A stretch of 57,027 nucleotides of DNA from Patellaria atrata CBS 101060 (taxonomy: Eukaryota). Each line of letters starts with the position of its first letter. The stretch's first letter is position 1. Location: NCBI GenBank assembly GCA_010093705.1, contig MU006102.1:671993-729019 (forward strand), given 5' to 3'. The notes beneath the pieces are model-generated. The model did no database searches. It was not told where the DNA came from and saw only the letters and a program-made list of their open reading frames with translations. Positions 1 to 12,950 of the stretch are shown one piece after another. The translations under genes were made by a program, and so were the position numbers.

Positions 1-2790
1 CTTCCGGTTCGCTTCTAATATTCGATCTATTAGCAAGTACGTTGCCAGCGGCTCTTGTTTCCGATCGGGCTCGTTTTGGACATGCCGCTCCGGATCTGTG
101 GGTATATCTTCCCTTTCTTCTACCTTATACCTGACTTCCTTTTCTTTTTCAGTTGTGGTGGGAATTGTGGAGTGGATGGGCGTGGGCCCCGGCCTAGGGT
201 CGGGGTCGGGGTTAATGCACTTCTTTGACATGTTGTTCCTCCCTTTCGAGGTTTTGGTTGCTATGGACCCTTGGTCCTGAGCTTCGGCTCCCTCCGTCCC
301 CTGCGAAGGCTCGGCTATCGCCACCTCGGCTACCGCCACCCGGGTCCCGGGCCCTAACTTTGGAGCGTACTTTTCTGCCGCCCCCTCTCTAGAGGTTACA
401 CGTTTCTTGCTGCTCTAAGATATCTTCTCAGGTAGTAGTTATTATTTTATTAAGAGCCGAAGAGGTGCCACCGTTGTATTCGGGTCGATTAGCACCTAGG
501 TCCGTGCCGTAATGTCTTTATCTTTCGCTGTCTTTAGGTCTTCTTGTTTACGGGAGAGCGCGTCTACCACGACGTTTTGGGCTCCGGGCCGATACGTGAT
601 TCGGAAGTGGAAATCAGAGAGAGCTTCACTCCATCGGGCTTATCTAGCATTGAGTAACCGTTTCGTGGTGAAGTATTCTAGTGCTCTATAGTCAGTGATC
701 ACGGTGAAGGGAACTTGCTGTAGCCCTACTAGCATGCTTCTCCACTCGGCTAGTGCTCTCACCACGGCTAGCATTTCCTTGTCGTGGATTTCGTACCTCA
801 GTTCTNNNNNNNNNNNNNNNNNNNNNNNNNNNNNNNNNNNNNNNNNNNNNNNNNNNNNNNNNNNNNNNNNNNNNNNNNNNNNNNNNNNNNNNNNNNNNNN
901 NNNNNNNNNNNNNNNNNNNNCCCAAGTGGTTTCCAAACCCCTTTTCGTGTCCGTATCGTCAATGGTCGTATGACTCGTCCGAATTTCTCTAGGAACTTCC
1001 GGTAGAAGTTGCAGAATCCGTTAAACGATAAGATCCCCTTTACGTTCGTTAGTAACTTCCAGTTTCGGACTACTTCAGTCTTTTCTAGATCCATCGCTAT
1101 TCCGTCGGTGCTGATAATAAAGCCGAGGAACTTCGTCTTTATCACGTGGAACTCGCTTTTCTTAATATCGGCTTATAGGCCGGCCTTAGCTAGTGCTTCT
1201 AGCACTTTCGCGACGTGGGTCTAGTGCTCTAGTGGGCACTTAGAGTAGATTAGTATATCGTTAATATATACTATATAGAAGTCGTTTAGATATTGGAAGA
1301 GCGCCTTATTAATAAACCGTTAGAACGAGGCTAGGCTATTATATAACTTAAAGGGTAATACTTTATATTTAAACGATCTATATCTCGTTCGGAAGGTGGT
1401 AAGATCTTCGGCTAACTCCTTTATCTAGATTCGATAGAATGCTTATTTTACGTCAAGTTTCGTAAATATCTTTACTTATTAAAGGCGCGTTAATGTTTCT
1501 TTAATTAGGGGTAATAGATACTTATCCTTCTTAATAATACTATTTAGCTTTCTATAATTAATATAAAATCTCTAACCTCCCTCTAACTTCTTAGCGAATA
1601 ATACTAGAGACGCGTATAATGCCTCGCTTAGAATAATAAACCCCTTTTAAAGATACTTCTTTAAATAGTCCTTTACTAACTATAAGTGTTCGATAAATAT
1701 ATTATATAAGAAGCTAGTAGTAAGATTACTATCTTAATTTAATATTATATCGTGGTTTATATTTTCTCTAAGCGATAATAGCTTATCGGATATAGATTTC
1801 GAGAATACGTAGGTTAAGTAATAGTATTTCTTAGGTAACTTTTTATAGATTATCGCTCTATAAGTGTCTTTATCTTCGTTTAGAGAATTTTTATCTTCTA
1901 AAAGTCGATTTTATATTAAGGAGTTAATCTCGTATAGACTTATAGTATTTATAATAATATCTTTACGTTTTATATTCTTTAGATAGTTTTCTCCGCTAAC
2001 TAAGTAGATATTTATATAAATCCCGGTAATATTAACCCGTTTACTTAGCTTCGGCTTCGACTTTTTAGAGAGTTCCGGCGTCTCTCTCTCTATTAGATCC
2101 GATAATTCTAATTTTATCTTTTAAAGATTAAAGCTAATATTCTTAGCCTATAAACTCGATTATTTCTATTAGAATAGTTATAGTTTCCTTCTTTAGTTAA
2201 CTAATACTTTTTATCGATTATATTCTTATTTATTAATAGCTTTATCTTATCGTTCTATATCGAATTAGTGTTATAGGTTAGTTTAAGTTCGTAGCTCACT
2301 CTTCGAAATCACGATATCTCGTTATTAGTCTTTAACTATAGTAGCCTATTCCGGTTAAATAATCCGATAATATCTATAATTAAATAGATTATTAGTCTTA
2401 AAGAACTACTCCTTACTTATAAATATATTATTATAGCCTATATCTATTACTATAATCGATATTAGCCACCTTCGTCCTCTAATCACGAGGCTCGCCTCGA
2501 GTATTTAGTTAATTAATACTATCTTTAAATTATTAAAGATATTAACTTTAATCTCCTAGTCTATCTTTCTAATTTCGATTCCGAGATATTATTTTAGAGC
2601 GGGTAGCTATCTTTTATTTAATAGAATATATCTTTAAGCTCTAGTATCGATTAGAGCCTTAAGCTATATTATAATTCCGTTTTTCGAGATTTAGTATAGT
2701 ATCGTGAATAGCTTTTCTAATACTAGATCGTTAATCGGTATTACTAATACTTCTATTATTAACCCTAATATAGAGTCTCTACTTAAGGTT
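1..2790 (-). pseudogene. pol: pol remnant of A1 (protease, RT, RNase H, linker) with RIP stop codons
   Basis: RT/RNase H motifs with in-frame TAA/TAG at Gln/Trp positions; protease ALIDTGA-like at ~2640-2660; boundaries approximate. Confidence 0.85.
806..920. other. Assembly gap (N run) inside A1 pol
   Basis: 115 Ns; the homologous stretch in A2 (~20477-20670) is longer, so the gap size is only an estimate. Confidence 0.98.
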
Positions 2791-4497
2791 TCTCGTTTTT
2801 CGAATTTAACCTTAAATTTAACTTTAAACTCTAATACTTATCTTTTTAGACCGACTTTATTTTAGTTATCTTCTTTAATCCCCGGTATTCTAACACTCTA
2901 TATCCGGCTTTACTATAATTAAAGTAATTACCTATAAACTTTTAAATAGTTATAATCTACTTCGTTACTTATAATATTATAGATAAGATAGTTTCTCCAC
3001 TTCTTAATTAATATAAAATTCTATTTATTATTATTAAAATAGAAGTTATTCTAGTTAGTTTATCACGTTTTTAACTCTCTCTATAGGCTTTATTAGCTTT
3101 ACTTAACCTTTTTAATTCTCGTATCTATATCGTAGCTTTATTATAGTACTTCTAGAAGCTAATTTTATCGTTACTTATAGCTTTTACTATTATTAGTCTT
3201 AGACTATTATAGAGTCTATCGTGGAGTTTCTCTTTCCACTAATCGTGTAATAATCTAGCTTTATTAGCTAGCTAGATAAATATAAACTAGAACTTTAGAA
3301 AGTCTATTAAATAATCTTACTTTAACTTCTTTAGTTTATCTCTAACTTTTAGTTATTTATTTAAATTCTTATAAATCTAGTCTAGGAATCTTATTAGTCT
3401 TATTAAGATTATATTATCCTTCTCTAATTCTAAGAAAAAGTATATATATTTAGCTATCTCGCCACTAATCTATATTTTAATATAAGTAGTCTTCGCCCTT
3501 TTATCTTAGAATTAATCGTTATTAATATAGAGCTTATTATTTATTTTACTTTTCCACTTTTTATAGATTAACTTCTTACTATTAGTTAATTTTAATAGAT
3601 CGAGAAACTTCTTTATTTTATTATCGCCTTTACTTTTAAAGCTTTTAATTAAGTCGATTATTCTAACTTAATCGTTATAATTATATAGTGCTAATAGTTC
3701 TTTATTATTAAATTTATCGTTAAACTAGACGCTTCTTTAATCTAGTTTAGACTACTTAATCTACTTCTTTAAATTATCGATTTTATTTTAAAGGCGTTTT
3801 ATAGTTTCTTCGTTCGTTTAATATACTTATAGCTTTAGCTATAAGTTAGGCGTTATCTCGTTAATAAGGTTTATTATCTTTTCGAGTTATATCTCTTAAG
3901 CTATAAGCTTCGCTTTTATATAAAGATACTTTATTATAAATTAGTTTAAATTTTTAACTACTTATTTCTTTACTCCGTTAATTATATTAACATTTTAATT
4001 ATCTATAATAATAGTATATTTAAGAGGTTTCCCTTCTTTTATTATTTTAAGAATTCCTTTTAATAGGTTCTATAAATTCACTTCTAAAATATTATTAGTA
4101 ATTTACTAGTCGACCACTTTTAATATCGATTTACGTTAATATATTTTTCCTTTTTCTTTTAATCTAGTATTATTTTCTACTTCTAAATTTATAGTTAATT
4201 TATTATCTATCTACTTTACTAAGGTTATTAAAGGTTTAACTATCTTATTTAGTTTATTATAATATTTACTTCTCTAAGTAATTTATATTTATTAGTCCTA
4301 ATCTCTTTTAAATATTAAATTATTATTATTATTAGCGTTAATACTTTTAGGTATTAGATATCTTATTACTAGTAAAGCTTAGCTATTTATAGATTCTTAA
4401 TTAGTCCGATAATTATTTATTAACTAGATTAATATCGTACTCTAATTAGAATATTATATCGCCTTTTTAAAGGCTATTAAAGATAAACTTAATCTAA

Positions 4498-4769
4498 TAT
4501 AATAATATAGTATAACTATAATAATTATATTTTAATTATCTCTATTACTAACTATTAAGTGTAAAGATTAAATTAAGAAATAATAATATTATAGGCTAAA
4601 TATCCGTATATAATAGTCTTATCTTATTAAGTCTCGGCTTAACTATCTTCTATTTAACTAATTAGCGCTTAGAGATCTTTTCCGCGTTTAATCTAGTAAA
4701 AATCTTTTATAAATAAACTAAACACTTAATATAGAAAATATAGGATTAGTATCGTGATATATTATTATA
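4498..4769 (-). repeat. 5' LTR of A1 (272 bp, subtype A')
   Basis: Reverse complement matches the solo LTR at 26097-26368 and the LTR at 36208-36479; RIPed TG...CA ends. Confidence 0.9.
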
Positions 4770-4994
4770 TTAATATATTTTTTAATTTATTTTTTACTCT
4801 TTTTAAATAATAATTATAATTATTAAAATTAAAATATAAAAAAATTAAAATAAAATTAAAATTATATTAATAATATAAAATATTATTAAATATTATAGAA
4901 TTTTTTAATAATTATTATTTTTATTATAATATAAAATATTAAAATAATAATAAAGTAATAAAATTTAATAAAAAAATTAAATAAAATTTATTAT
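4770..4994 (+). mobile_element. Fragment of Fot1/pogo-like DNA transposon family D (transposase 5' part)
   Basis: ~4873-4990 aligns with ~43551-43660 and ~51021-51120. Confidence 0.65.
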
Positions 4995-5619
4995 TATAAT
5001 AGAAGTCTATATTTATTAAAATAGAATTAAATAAGTCTAAAAACGCGTCTAGCTTTTCACTTAATATAGTTAACTATAAAGATAGGTTCGGTAAAATAAT
5101 AGAATATATATAATAAAGATATTTTAAGTTAACGGTATAATTTACTAACTTCTTAACTTCGGGTAATACTTATAATAAGATAAGACGTATTATATAGAAA
5201 TAGCGTAATAAGTGAAGTTAAGTTTAAAACCGTAATATCTAAATTTATAGATAAGATTAATAGTAAGAATAACTACGAAGAATCTAAATATATAAAAGAA
5301 AGACTATCTTTAAATATTCTTATTCTTTATAATTAATTTAATTATCTATACTTTAATTGTTCTAGTTATTTAGTTATTTAGTCGTTTCTCTCACGACTAA
5401 GACGTTTATATATTTAAACGTCTAAGTTATATAGTATCTTTTAATCGTTTTAGTTATTTAGTCGTTTAGTCGTTTCTTTTACAACTAAAACGTCTAAATA
5501 TCTAAATATCTAAGTTACGTGGTTCGTTACTACTCGTTTTACCTATAATTCTTTTAAGTGATTTTCCTCTTTTTCCTTTACTCGTTATCTATATATTCCT
5601 ATAACTTATAGTTATAACA
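4995..5619 (-). repeat. 3' LTR of C0-left (625 bp, subtype beta)
   Basis: Matches 31101-31717; ends ...gttataaca and is followed by the PPT complement. Confidence 0.88.
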
Positions 5620-5734
5620 TTATTCTTCCCCTTCTTAACTCTTATTCTAAGAGTTTATTTCTTTTATTTAAGTATATAATAAACGTATCGCCTATCTATT
5701 AAATCGTATATACCTCTTTTTTCTTTCTTCTAAG

Positions 5735-6370
5735 ATACTAAAAGCTAAATCCCGTCTAGTCCATCGTTAACGTTACGCTATCTATATTACTTTATACGGT
5801 CGTCTTATATTAACTTTTTATTCCGTTTATTATTATTCTTTTTATTCTTATATTATCGATATCCTTTCTAGTTTCTATTCTAAGTGTCTCGCTCGTGGTT
5901 TAAAATACGATCTCGTGGTGATATAAAAGAATTAGGGTAAGCTCGACGCTTTAAAAGTAAAGCTTCGTTCTAAGCTTAACGCTACTAAAGATGCCGAAGA
6001 GGAAACCACTTATCTCCGTAAGGAGGTAGTTCTAAAGGCGATACGTCTTTAATAAGAGGCGATTCGTATTTAATATAAAGTAATTTATACCGCTCGTGTT
6101 TATTCTTATCGACTTTATTATAAGCTTCTTTTACTTAAGCGTAAAGAGACGGAAATATCTTATCGTAAGCTTAATTCTATCGAGAAACTTAAGACTTTAG
6201 AGCGAGTAACTAAAGAATAGCGAGCTTCCTTAGTCGCTTCTTTTTCCTCCGTTATTATATCTTCTTCTAGTTAGTCTAATTTAAATTTCTCTATCTTTAA
6301 GAGTCTAGAATTCCCTAATTTTAGCGATAAAACTATTTAAGTTTTTAATTATAATTTATTAAGTGTTTAA
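5735..6370 (+). pseudogene. Antisense accessory ORF of family C (long allele, 212 codons): Zn(II)2Cys6-like motif + coiled coil, RIP-inactivated
   Basis: Single frame without frameshifts; stops only at TAA/TAG that revert to CAA/CAG/TGG; de-RIP reading MPKAK..PCSxCRRSFxSCVVDISSGFCSECLARGLKCDLVVTQKDW.KLD. Confidence 0.75.
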
Positions 6371-8288
6371 GTGGTTTCTATATATTATCTATATATCTAT
6401 AACCTTTCTATTTTACTAAATACTTATATTAATCGTTTATTTATTATAGGTCTAAGATTTATTCTATTTTATAGATATCTTCTTCTTCGAGTTTTATAGA
6501 TCGTGTTTAGAGTTTAGTATTAATATATACTAGTTTTAGGAGTAATATATAGAAAATTAGATATATCTTTATTTCTTATAATAATTTTAACTTATAATTA
6601 ACTTTTCCTTTAACTTATTTAATTTTAAAGAGGTCGATTTTCTTATAATCTAGTTTCTTATTAGGTCGTTTTATTTTAAGATTTTTCTATAATAAGTAAA
6701 CTTTATCCCTCTTTTTAAAAATTAGTTCTAGCGATTTATATTAATTACTATATTTTATAGTTCTTATTATCTAGAAAGCTATATTTTATAATAATTATAT
6801 ATATAATTTTTTAATTTATTTAACTTTTAACGTTATTTTTTATAAAATACTTTATATTATTCTAGACTTTTAATATACTTTAAACTTAAAACTATAATTT
6901 ATATAGAAGGATAAAATCTTTATAATATCGAATTTCGCGTTATTATATATAAATTATATTATTAGTAATAGCTTTATCTAGTTATTCTATTAATAATTTA
7001 TATAATTATATAAATATTATTTTAGAGACTAGTTTATTCTCTTAGTCTAACTATTTATTTATAGATAAAAGTTTATCGATAACTTATAATTTATCTCTAA
7101 ACTTTATATTAAGATTTATTAAAATATTAATATAAATAGCTTATCTCGATTTAAAATAATTTCTTTAAATATCTAATAATTTATTAATACTATTTTTATT
7201 ATTAATATTATTATTTATAATACTATTATTATTATCTTTATTAGTATAAAATAAATAAACTTTATTAATCGTTTTATAATAATTAATATTATATTATACT
7301 TTACTTTTATTATTAAATCTTTAAATCTTAATAGACTTATAATAAAGTCTATTATTATTAAGTTTTACGCTCGTTTTAATAGTTTAATATATTATATTTA
7401 TCTATAAGATATATATTTTACACTTTTATTCTATATATAATTATTATATTTTAAGATAATTTATTTTATTATACTTCTTATTTTTAAGAAGTAATAATTC
7501 TTTAAAATTCTTTTTAAAATTTTATTAATATCTTAGTAATTATATATTAATATTTTATAGATCTTTTTAGTAAAAGTCTTTTATAATATTATTAATATAT
7601 ATATAAATTTATTATATAACTATATTTCTTAAATTATTTATATTACTTTAAAATTATTATTCTTTTAAAACTTCTCTATTATACTATTCTTTTAATAAGT
7701 ATTATAAATTTATTATTCTTTTATAAATTTAATTATTAATATTATAGTTAATCTTAATTAATTATAAATAATCGCGTTATTTTCTTTTTTTAATATTATA
7801 TTATATATTAATTTTATTTTTTTTAAATAATTAAATCTTCTATTTATAATATTAATTAATTTATTTTTAACTTCTAATTTATAGAATATTTTAAAGTTAA
7901 AAGATATAAGTGTTTTTATTTATTTTACTTATTTTCGATTTAACTTCTTTATTATAAAAAAGTTTATTAGATTTTAATAATCTAATTAAACTTTTATAGT
8001 ATATTTAAATTCTTTAAGATATAATCTTTATTATTTAAATATATCGATAATCGTTAATAGCTTTTTATTATATATATTATAATTTAGCTTTATAGCCGTA
8101 AATTTTTATAAATAAAAAGCTATTAAATATAATTATTCTTTTTTATCTAATTAACTTATATATATATCTAGTATATAATTAAATATATTAGTTTTTAGTA
8201 CTATTAATTTCTCTAAATTAAATATAATTATAATAGATATTATAATAAACTTCTTTTTAAATTTATTAAATACTTTCTATATCTTTAT

Positions 8289-8923
8289 TATAACGGGAGT
8301 CTATACTTATCGAGATAAAACTAGATAAGTCTAGAAACACGCTTAGCTTCTCACTTAACGTGGTTAACTATAAAGGTAAATTTAATAAAGTGATAAGATT
8401 TATATAATAAAGGCACTTTAAGTTAACGATATAACTTATTAACTCCTTAACTTCGAGTAATATTTATAATAAGATAAGACGTACTATATAGAAATAATAT
8501 AGTAAGTAAAGTTAAGTTTAAAACTATAATATCTAAATTTATAGATAAAATTAATAGTAAGAATAATTATAAAGAATCTAAATATATAAGAGAAAGATTA
8601 TCTTTAAATATTTCTATTCTTTATAACTAATTTAATTATTTATATTTTAATTATTCTAATTATTAGTTATTCTTTATAACTAACGCGTCTAGCGATTATT
8701 ATCTAGTCGTTTTAGTTATTAGTTATTCTCTATAATTAACGCGTCTAGCGACTATTACTTAATTATTTTAGTCGTTAATCGTTCTTTATAACTAGCGTGT
8801 CTAACGATTATTATTTAGTCACGTGATTCTCTATTATTTATTTTATCTATAGTTTCCTCGAGTGATATTCCTTTTTTCCTCTTATTTATTATTTATATAT
8901 TTCTATAACTTATAGTTATAATA
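8289..8923 (-). repeat. 3' LTR of C1 (635 bp, subtype alpha, three 56-bp internal units)
   Basis: Starts tataacgggagtc; followed by PPT complement ctatcctcccttttctt. Confidence 0.88.
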
Positions 8924-9038
8924 CTATCCTCCCTTTTCTTAACTTTTATCTTAAGAGTTTATTCCTTTTACTTAGATATATAATAGATATATCGTCTATC
9001 TATTAAGTTATATATACCTCTCTTCCCTTTTTTCTAAG

Positions 9039-9587
9039 ATACTAAAAGCTAAACCCCGTCTAGTCTATTATTAACGTTACGCTACCTATATCACTTTATA
9101 TAATTATTTTATATTAACTCTCTATTTCGCTTATCGTCGCTCTTTCTATTCTTATATTATTAATATCTCTTCTAGTTTCTATTCTAAGTATCTCGCTTAT
9201 AGTTTAAAATATAATCTCGTGGTAATATAGAAAGACTAAGATAAACTTAATACTTTAAAGACTCGAACTTATTCTAAATTAACTACTATTAAGGACGAAT
9301 AAGAATCTCTTTAAACTCGTGTATATTATCTTTATAAGTAGCTTCGTTCTCTCGAAGAGAAAAAGTTTAAGATATCTTATTATAAGCTTAATTCTATTAA
9401 GAAATTTAAGGCTTTAAAGCGAGTAATTAAAGAATAGCGAGCTTTCTTAATCACTTCTTCTTTCTTTATTATCGTGTCTTCTTTTAGTTAGTTTAGTCTA
9501 GATTTCTCTACCTTTAAGGATCTAGAATTCCTTAATTTTAGCGATAAAACTATTTAAGTTTCTAATTATAGTTTATTAAGTATTTAA
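9039..9587 (+). pseudogene. Antisense accessory ORF of family C (short allele, 183 codons), Zn(II)2Cys6-like + coiled coil, RIPed
   Basis: Same start and end context as 5735-6370; 87 nt shorter with frame preserved. Confidence 0.75.
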
Positions 9588-12500
9588 GTGGTTTCTACGT
9601 ATTATCTACGTGTTTATAGTCTTTCCATTTTACTAAATACTTATACTAACTATTTACTCGTTATAGGTTTAAGATTTATTCTATCTTATAGATATCTTCT
9701 TCCTTAAATTTTATAGATTATATTTAGAGTTTAGCGTTAATATATATTAGTTCTAGAAGTAATATATAAAAAACTAGATATATCTTTATTTCTTATAATA
9801 ATTCTAACTTATAATTAACTTTTCCTTTAATTTATTTAATTCTAAAAGGGTCGATTTTCTTATAGTCTAGTTTTTTATTAAGTTATTTTATTTTAAGATT
9901 TTTTTATAATAAGTAAACTTTATCCCCTCTTTTAAAGATTAGTTTTAACGATTTATATTAATTACTATACTTTATAGCCCTTATTATTTAGAAAGCTATA
10001 TCTTATAATAGCTATATATATAATTTCTTAATTTATTTAGCTTTTAACGTTACTTCTTATAATATATTTTAAACTATTCTCGGCTCACGATATACTTCCG
10101 ATTTAAAACTATAGTTTATATAGAAGGGTAAAACCTTTATAATATCGAATTCCGCGCTATTATATATAAATTATACTATTAGTAATAGCTTTATCTAATT
10201 ATTCTATTAGTAATTTATATAGTTATATAAGTATTACTTTAGAGACTAGTTTATTCTCTTAATCTAGCTATTTATTTATAGATAAAAGCTTATCGATAGC
10301 TTATAGTTTACCCCTAAACTTTATATTAGAGTTTACTAAAATATTAATATAAATAGTTTATCTTAGTTTAAGATAATTTCTTTAAGTATCTAATAATTTA
10401 TTAGCACTATTTTTATTATTAATACTATTACTTATAGTGCTATTATCGTTATCTTTACTAGTATAAAGTAGATAAACTTTATTAGTTATTTTATAATAAC
10501 TAATATCGCGTTATACTCTATTTCTATCGCTAGATCTTTAGATCTTAGTAGATTTATAATAAAGTCTATCGTTATTAAGTCTTATACTCGTTTAGGTAGC
10601 TTAATATATTATATTTATCTATAAGATATATATTTTACACTCTTATTTCGTATATAGTTATTATATTTTAAGATAATTTATTTTATTATACTTCTTACTT
10701 CTAGGAAATAGTAATTCCTTAAGATCCTTTTTAAGGTTTTATTAATACCTTAGTGACTATATACTAGTGCTTCGTAGATCTCTTTAGTAAGAGTCTTTTA
10801 TAGTGTCGTTAATATATATATAAGCCTATTATATAGCTATATTCTTTAAACTATTTATATTATTCTAGAATTATCACTCTTTTAGAACTCCTCTATTATA
10901 TTATTCTTTTAATAGATATCACGAATTTATTATTCTCTTATAGATTCGATTATTAATATTATAATTAATCTTAGTTAATTATAAATAATCGCGTTATTTT
11001 CTTTCTTTAATACTATATTATATACCGGTTTCGTTTCTTCTAGATAGTTAAATCTTTTACTTATAATATTAGTTAATTTATTTTTAACTTTTAATCTATA
11101 AAATATTTTAAAGTTAAAGAATATAAGTGTTTCCGCCTATCTTACTTATCTTTAGTTTAACTTTTTTATCGTAAGAAAGTTTATTAGGTTTTAATAATCT
11201 AATTAAACTTTTATAATATACTTAAGTCCTTTAAGGTATAATCTCTATTATTTAAATACGTCGATAATCGTTAATAGCTCTTTATTATATACGTTATAGT
11301 TTAGCTTTATAGCCGTAAACTTTTATAAATAAAAGATTATTAAATATAGTCGTTCTTTCTTATCTAGCTAACTTATATATATATCTAGTATATAATTAGA
11401 TACGTTAGTTTCTAGCACTATTAATTTCTCTAGATTAAATATAATTAAGATAGATATTATAGTAAATTTCTTTTTAAATTTATTAAATATTTTCTATACC
11501 TTCTTTATTTAAATAAAGGTATTTTCCTTCTTTATTAATTTTAATAGCGGTGTTATTATCCTTAAGTACCTCTAGATAAACTTTTTATAATAGTTTATAA
11601 AGTTTAAGAATAATTATATATCCTTTATATTTTTTAATATTAGCTAATCTTAGATTATAGCTATCTTTTTTAAATCTACTTATATACTTTTAGTGGTAAT
11701 AATAAAGCCTAAAAATTCCATTTCTTTAATATAGAATTTACACTTATTTAGGTGTACTAGAAGTTTCTTTTCTCGTAATTTCGTTAATACTTTCTTTATA
11801 TACTCTTTATACTCTTTAAGCGTTCTATTTATATATACTAATATATTATCTAGATAAGTAGTTATAAATACGTCTAAATATTCTTTTAATATATAATTAA
11901 TCACTACTTAGAATATTACTAGAGCGTTAATTAAGTTAAATAGTATTATTATATATTTATATAGTTTAAACCTTATTTTTATAACTATCTTTCACTTTTC
12001 GCCTTTTTTTATTTTAATTTAATAGTAACTATCTTAGATATTAAATTTCGTAAACTATTTTACTTCTTATAATCTATTTTAGATTTCCGAGATTAAGGGT
12101 AATAGATATTTATTCTTAATTATAGTATTATTTAGTTATCTATAATCGATATATAATCTTAGCTTACTATTCTTTTTTAATATAAATAGAATCGGTGAAG
12201 TTATTAGGCTCTCGCTAGATCGTATATATTCCTTTTCTAAGTTAGTATAGATATATTCTTTAAGTGCTTTATATTATTCTCTTATTAACGGGTAAATTAG
12301 GCCGGGTCGTAATTTCGTACTCTTTTTTAACACTATTTTATAATCCTATATCTAATAATTTAGAAGTATAGTCGTTATATCTTCTTTAAATAAATCTTTA
12401 AACTCGTTATACTCTTTAAGTATCTTAGGTTCTTTAAAAACCTTTTTAACGTCTACTTTTCTAAGTTATATTACTCTTATACTTTTAGATTTATTTCTAT

Positions 12501-12950
12501 AAATCTTTATTATCTTATAATATAAAATATATTCTATAGATATACTAGCGTCCGTTTACTTAATATATCTTATTTATTTAACTCTATTCTTTTATAAGAT
12601 ATCTTAGTTAATTTAAATACTTTTTATCTTCTAGTTAATATTTAAATTTATTATTTATAATTAATCTATTTCTAGAATTATATTTATATCTCTAAGATCG
12701 ATTATAGAGATACGTTAAATAATTATCTTTTCTTATATATTAACTTCTACTAGTATAGTTTTAAAGTTAATTAGACCTTATTTATATCCTATTCCTTCAC
12801 TATTTCTTAATTATAGCGGGACTAAATTTTCTAATTTTATATAAAGTATACTTTTCTTCTCTACTTATCGAGATAAGATAAACGAATTAGTGGCGTTATT
12901 ATTAATTAGCGCTATTATTCTCTTACTATATATAGTAATATTTATTTAAA
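9400..12950 (-). pseudogene. pol: pol remnant of C1 (protease, RT, RNase H, integrase, chromodomain)
   Basis: ALI[DSG]ATNSFIS at ~12880-12915; LRL[CV]DYR[Q]LN at ~12130-12165; YLDN/D ORF 11680..11904; YLVKWK chromodomain at ~9590-9640; ends approximate. Confidence 0.8.

Larger units (their letters stand above)
1..4769 (-). mobile_element. Ty3/Gypsy LTR retrotransposon family A, copy A1 (5' LTR-gag-PR-RT-RNaseH; continues beyond window start)
   Basis: Reverse complement is colinear with A2 (16637-21470). Track ORFs 798..1145 (KTKFLGFIISTDGIAMD...FCNFYRKF) and 640..936 (YEIHDKEMLAVV...FTVITD) are RT and RNase H pieces. RIP is light at 1-1250 and heavy beyond. Confidence 0.95.
4995..8288 (-). 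mobile_element. Gypsy family C, copy C0-left (3' LTR, PPT, extra ORF, chromodomain, integrase, RNase H), cut at 8288 by another C LTR
   Basis: Colinear with 8289-11508; PPT complement (ttcttccccttctt) follows the LTR; minus-strand chromodomain KYLVK[W]KGY..DN[TWE]PLKHL at ~6360-6430. Confidence 0.85.

Noticed and set aside
98..1224. Plus-strand short ORFs (98..280, 695..973, 753..992, 784..1005, 1009..1224) and the N-filled ORF 692..925
   Set aside because: They are antisense or off-frame shadows of the A1 pol, and several are open only because of Ns.
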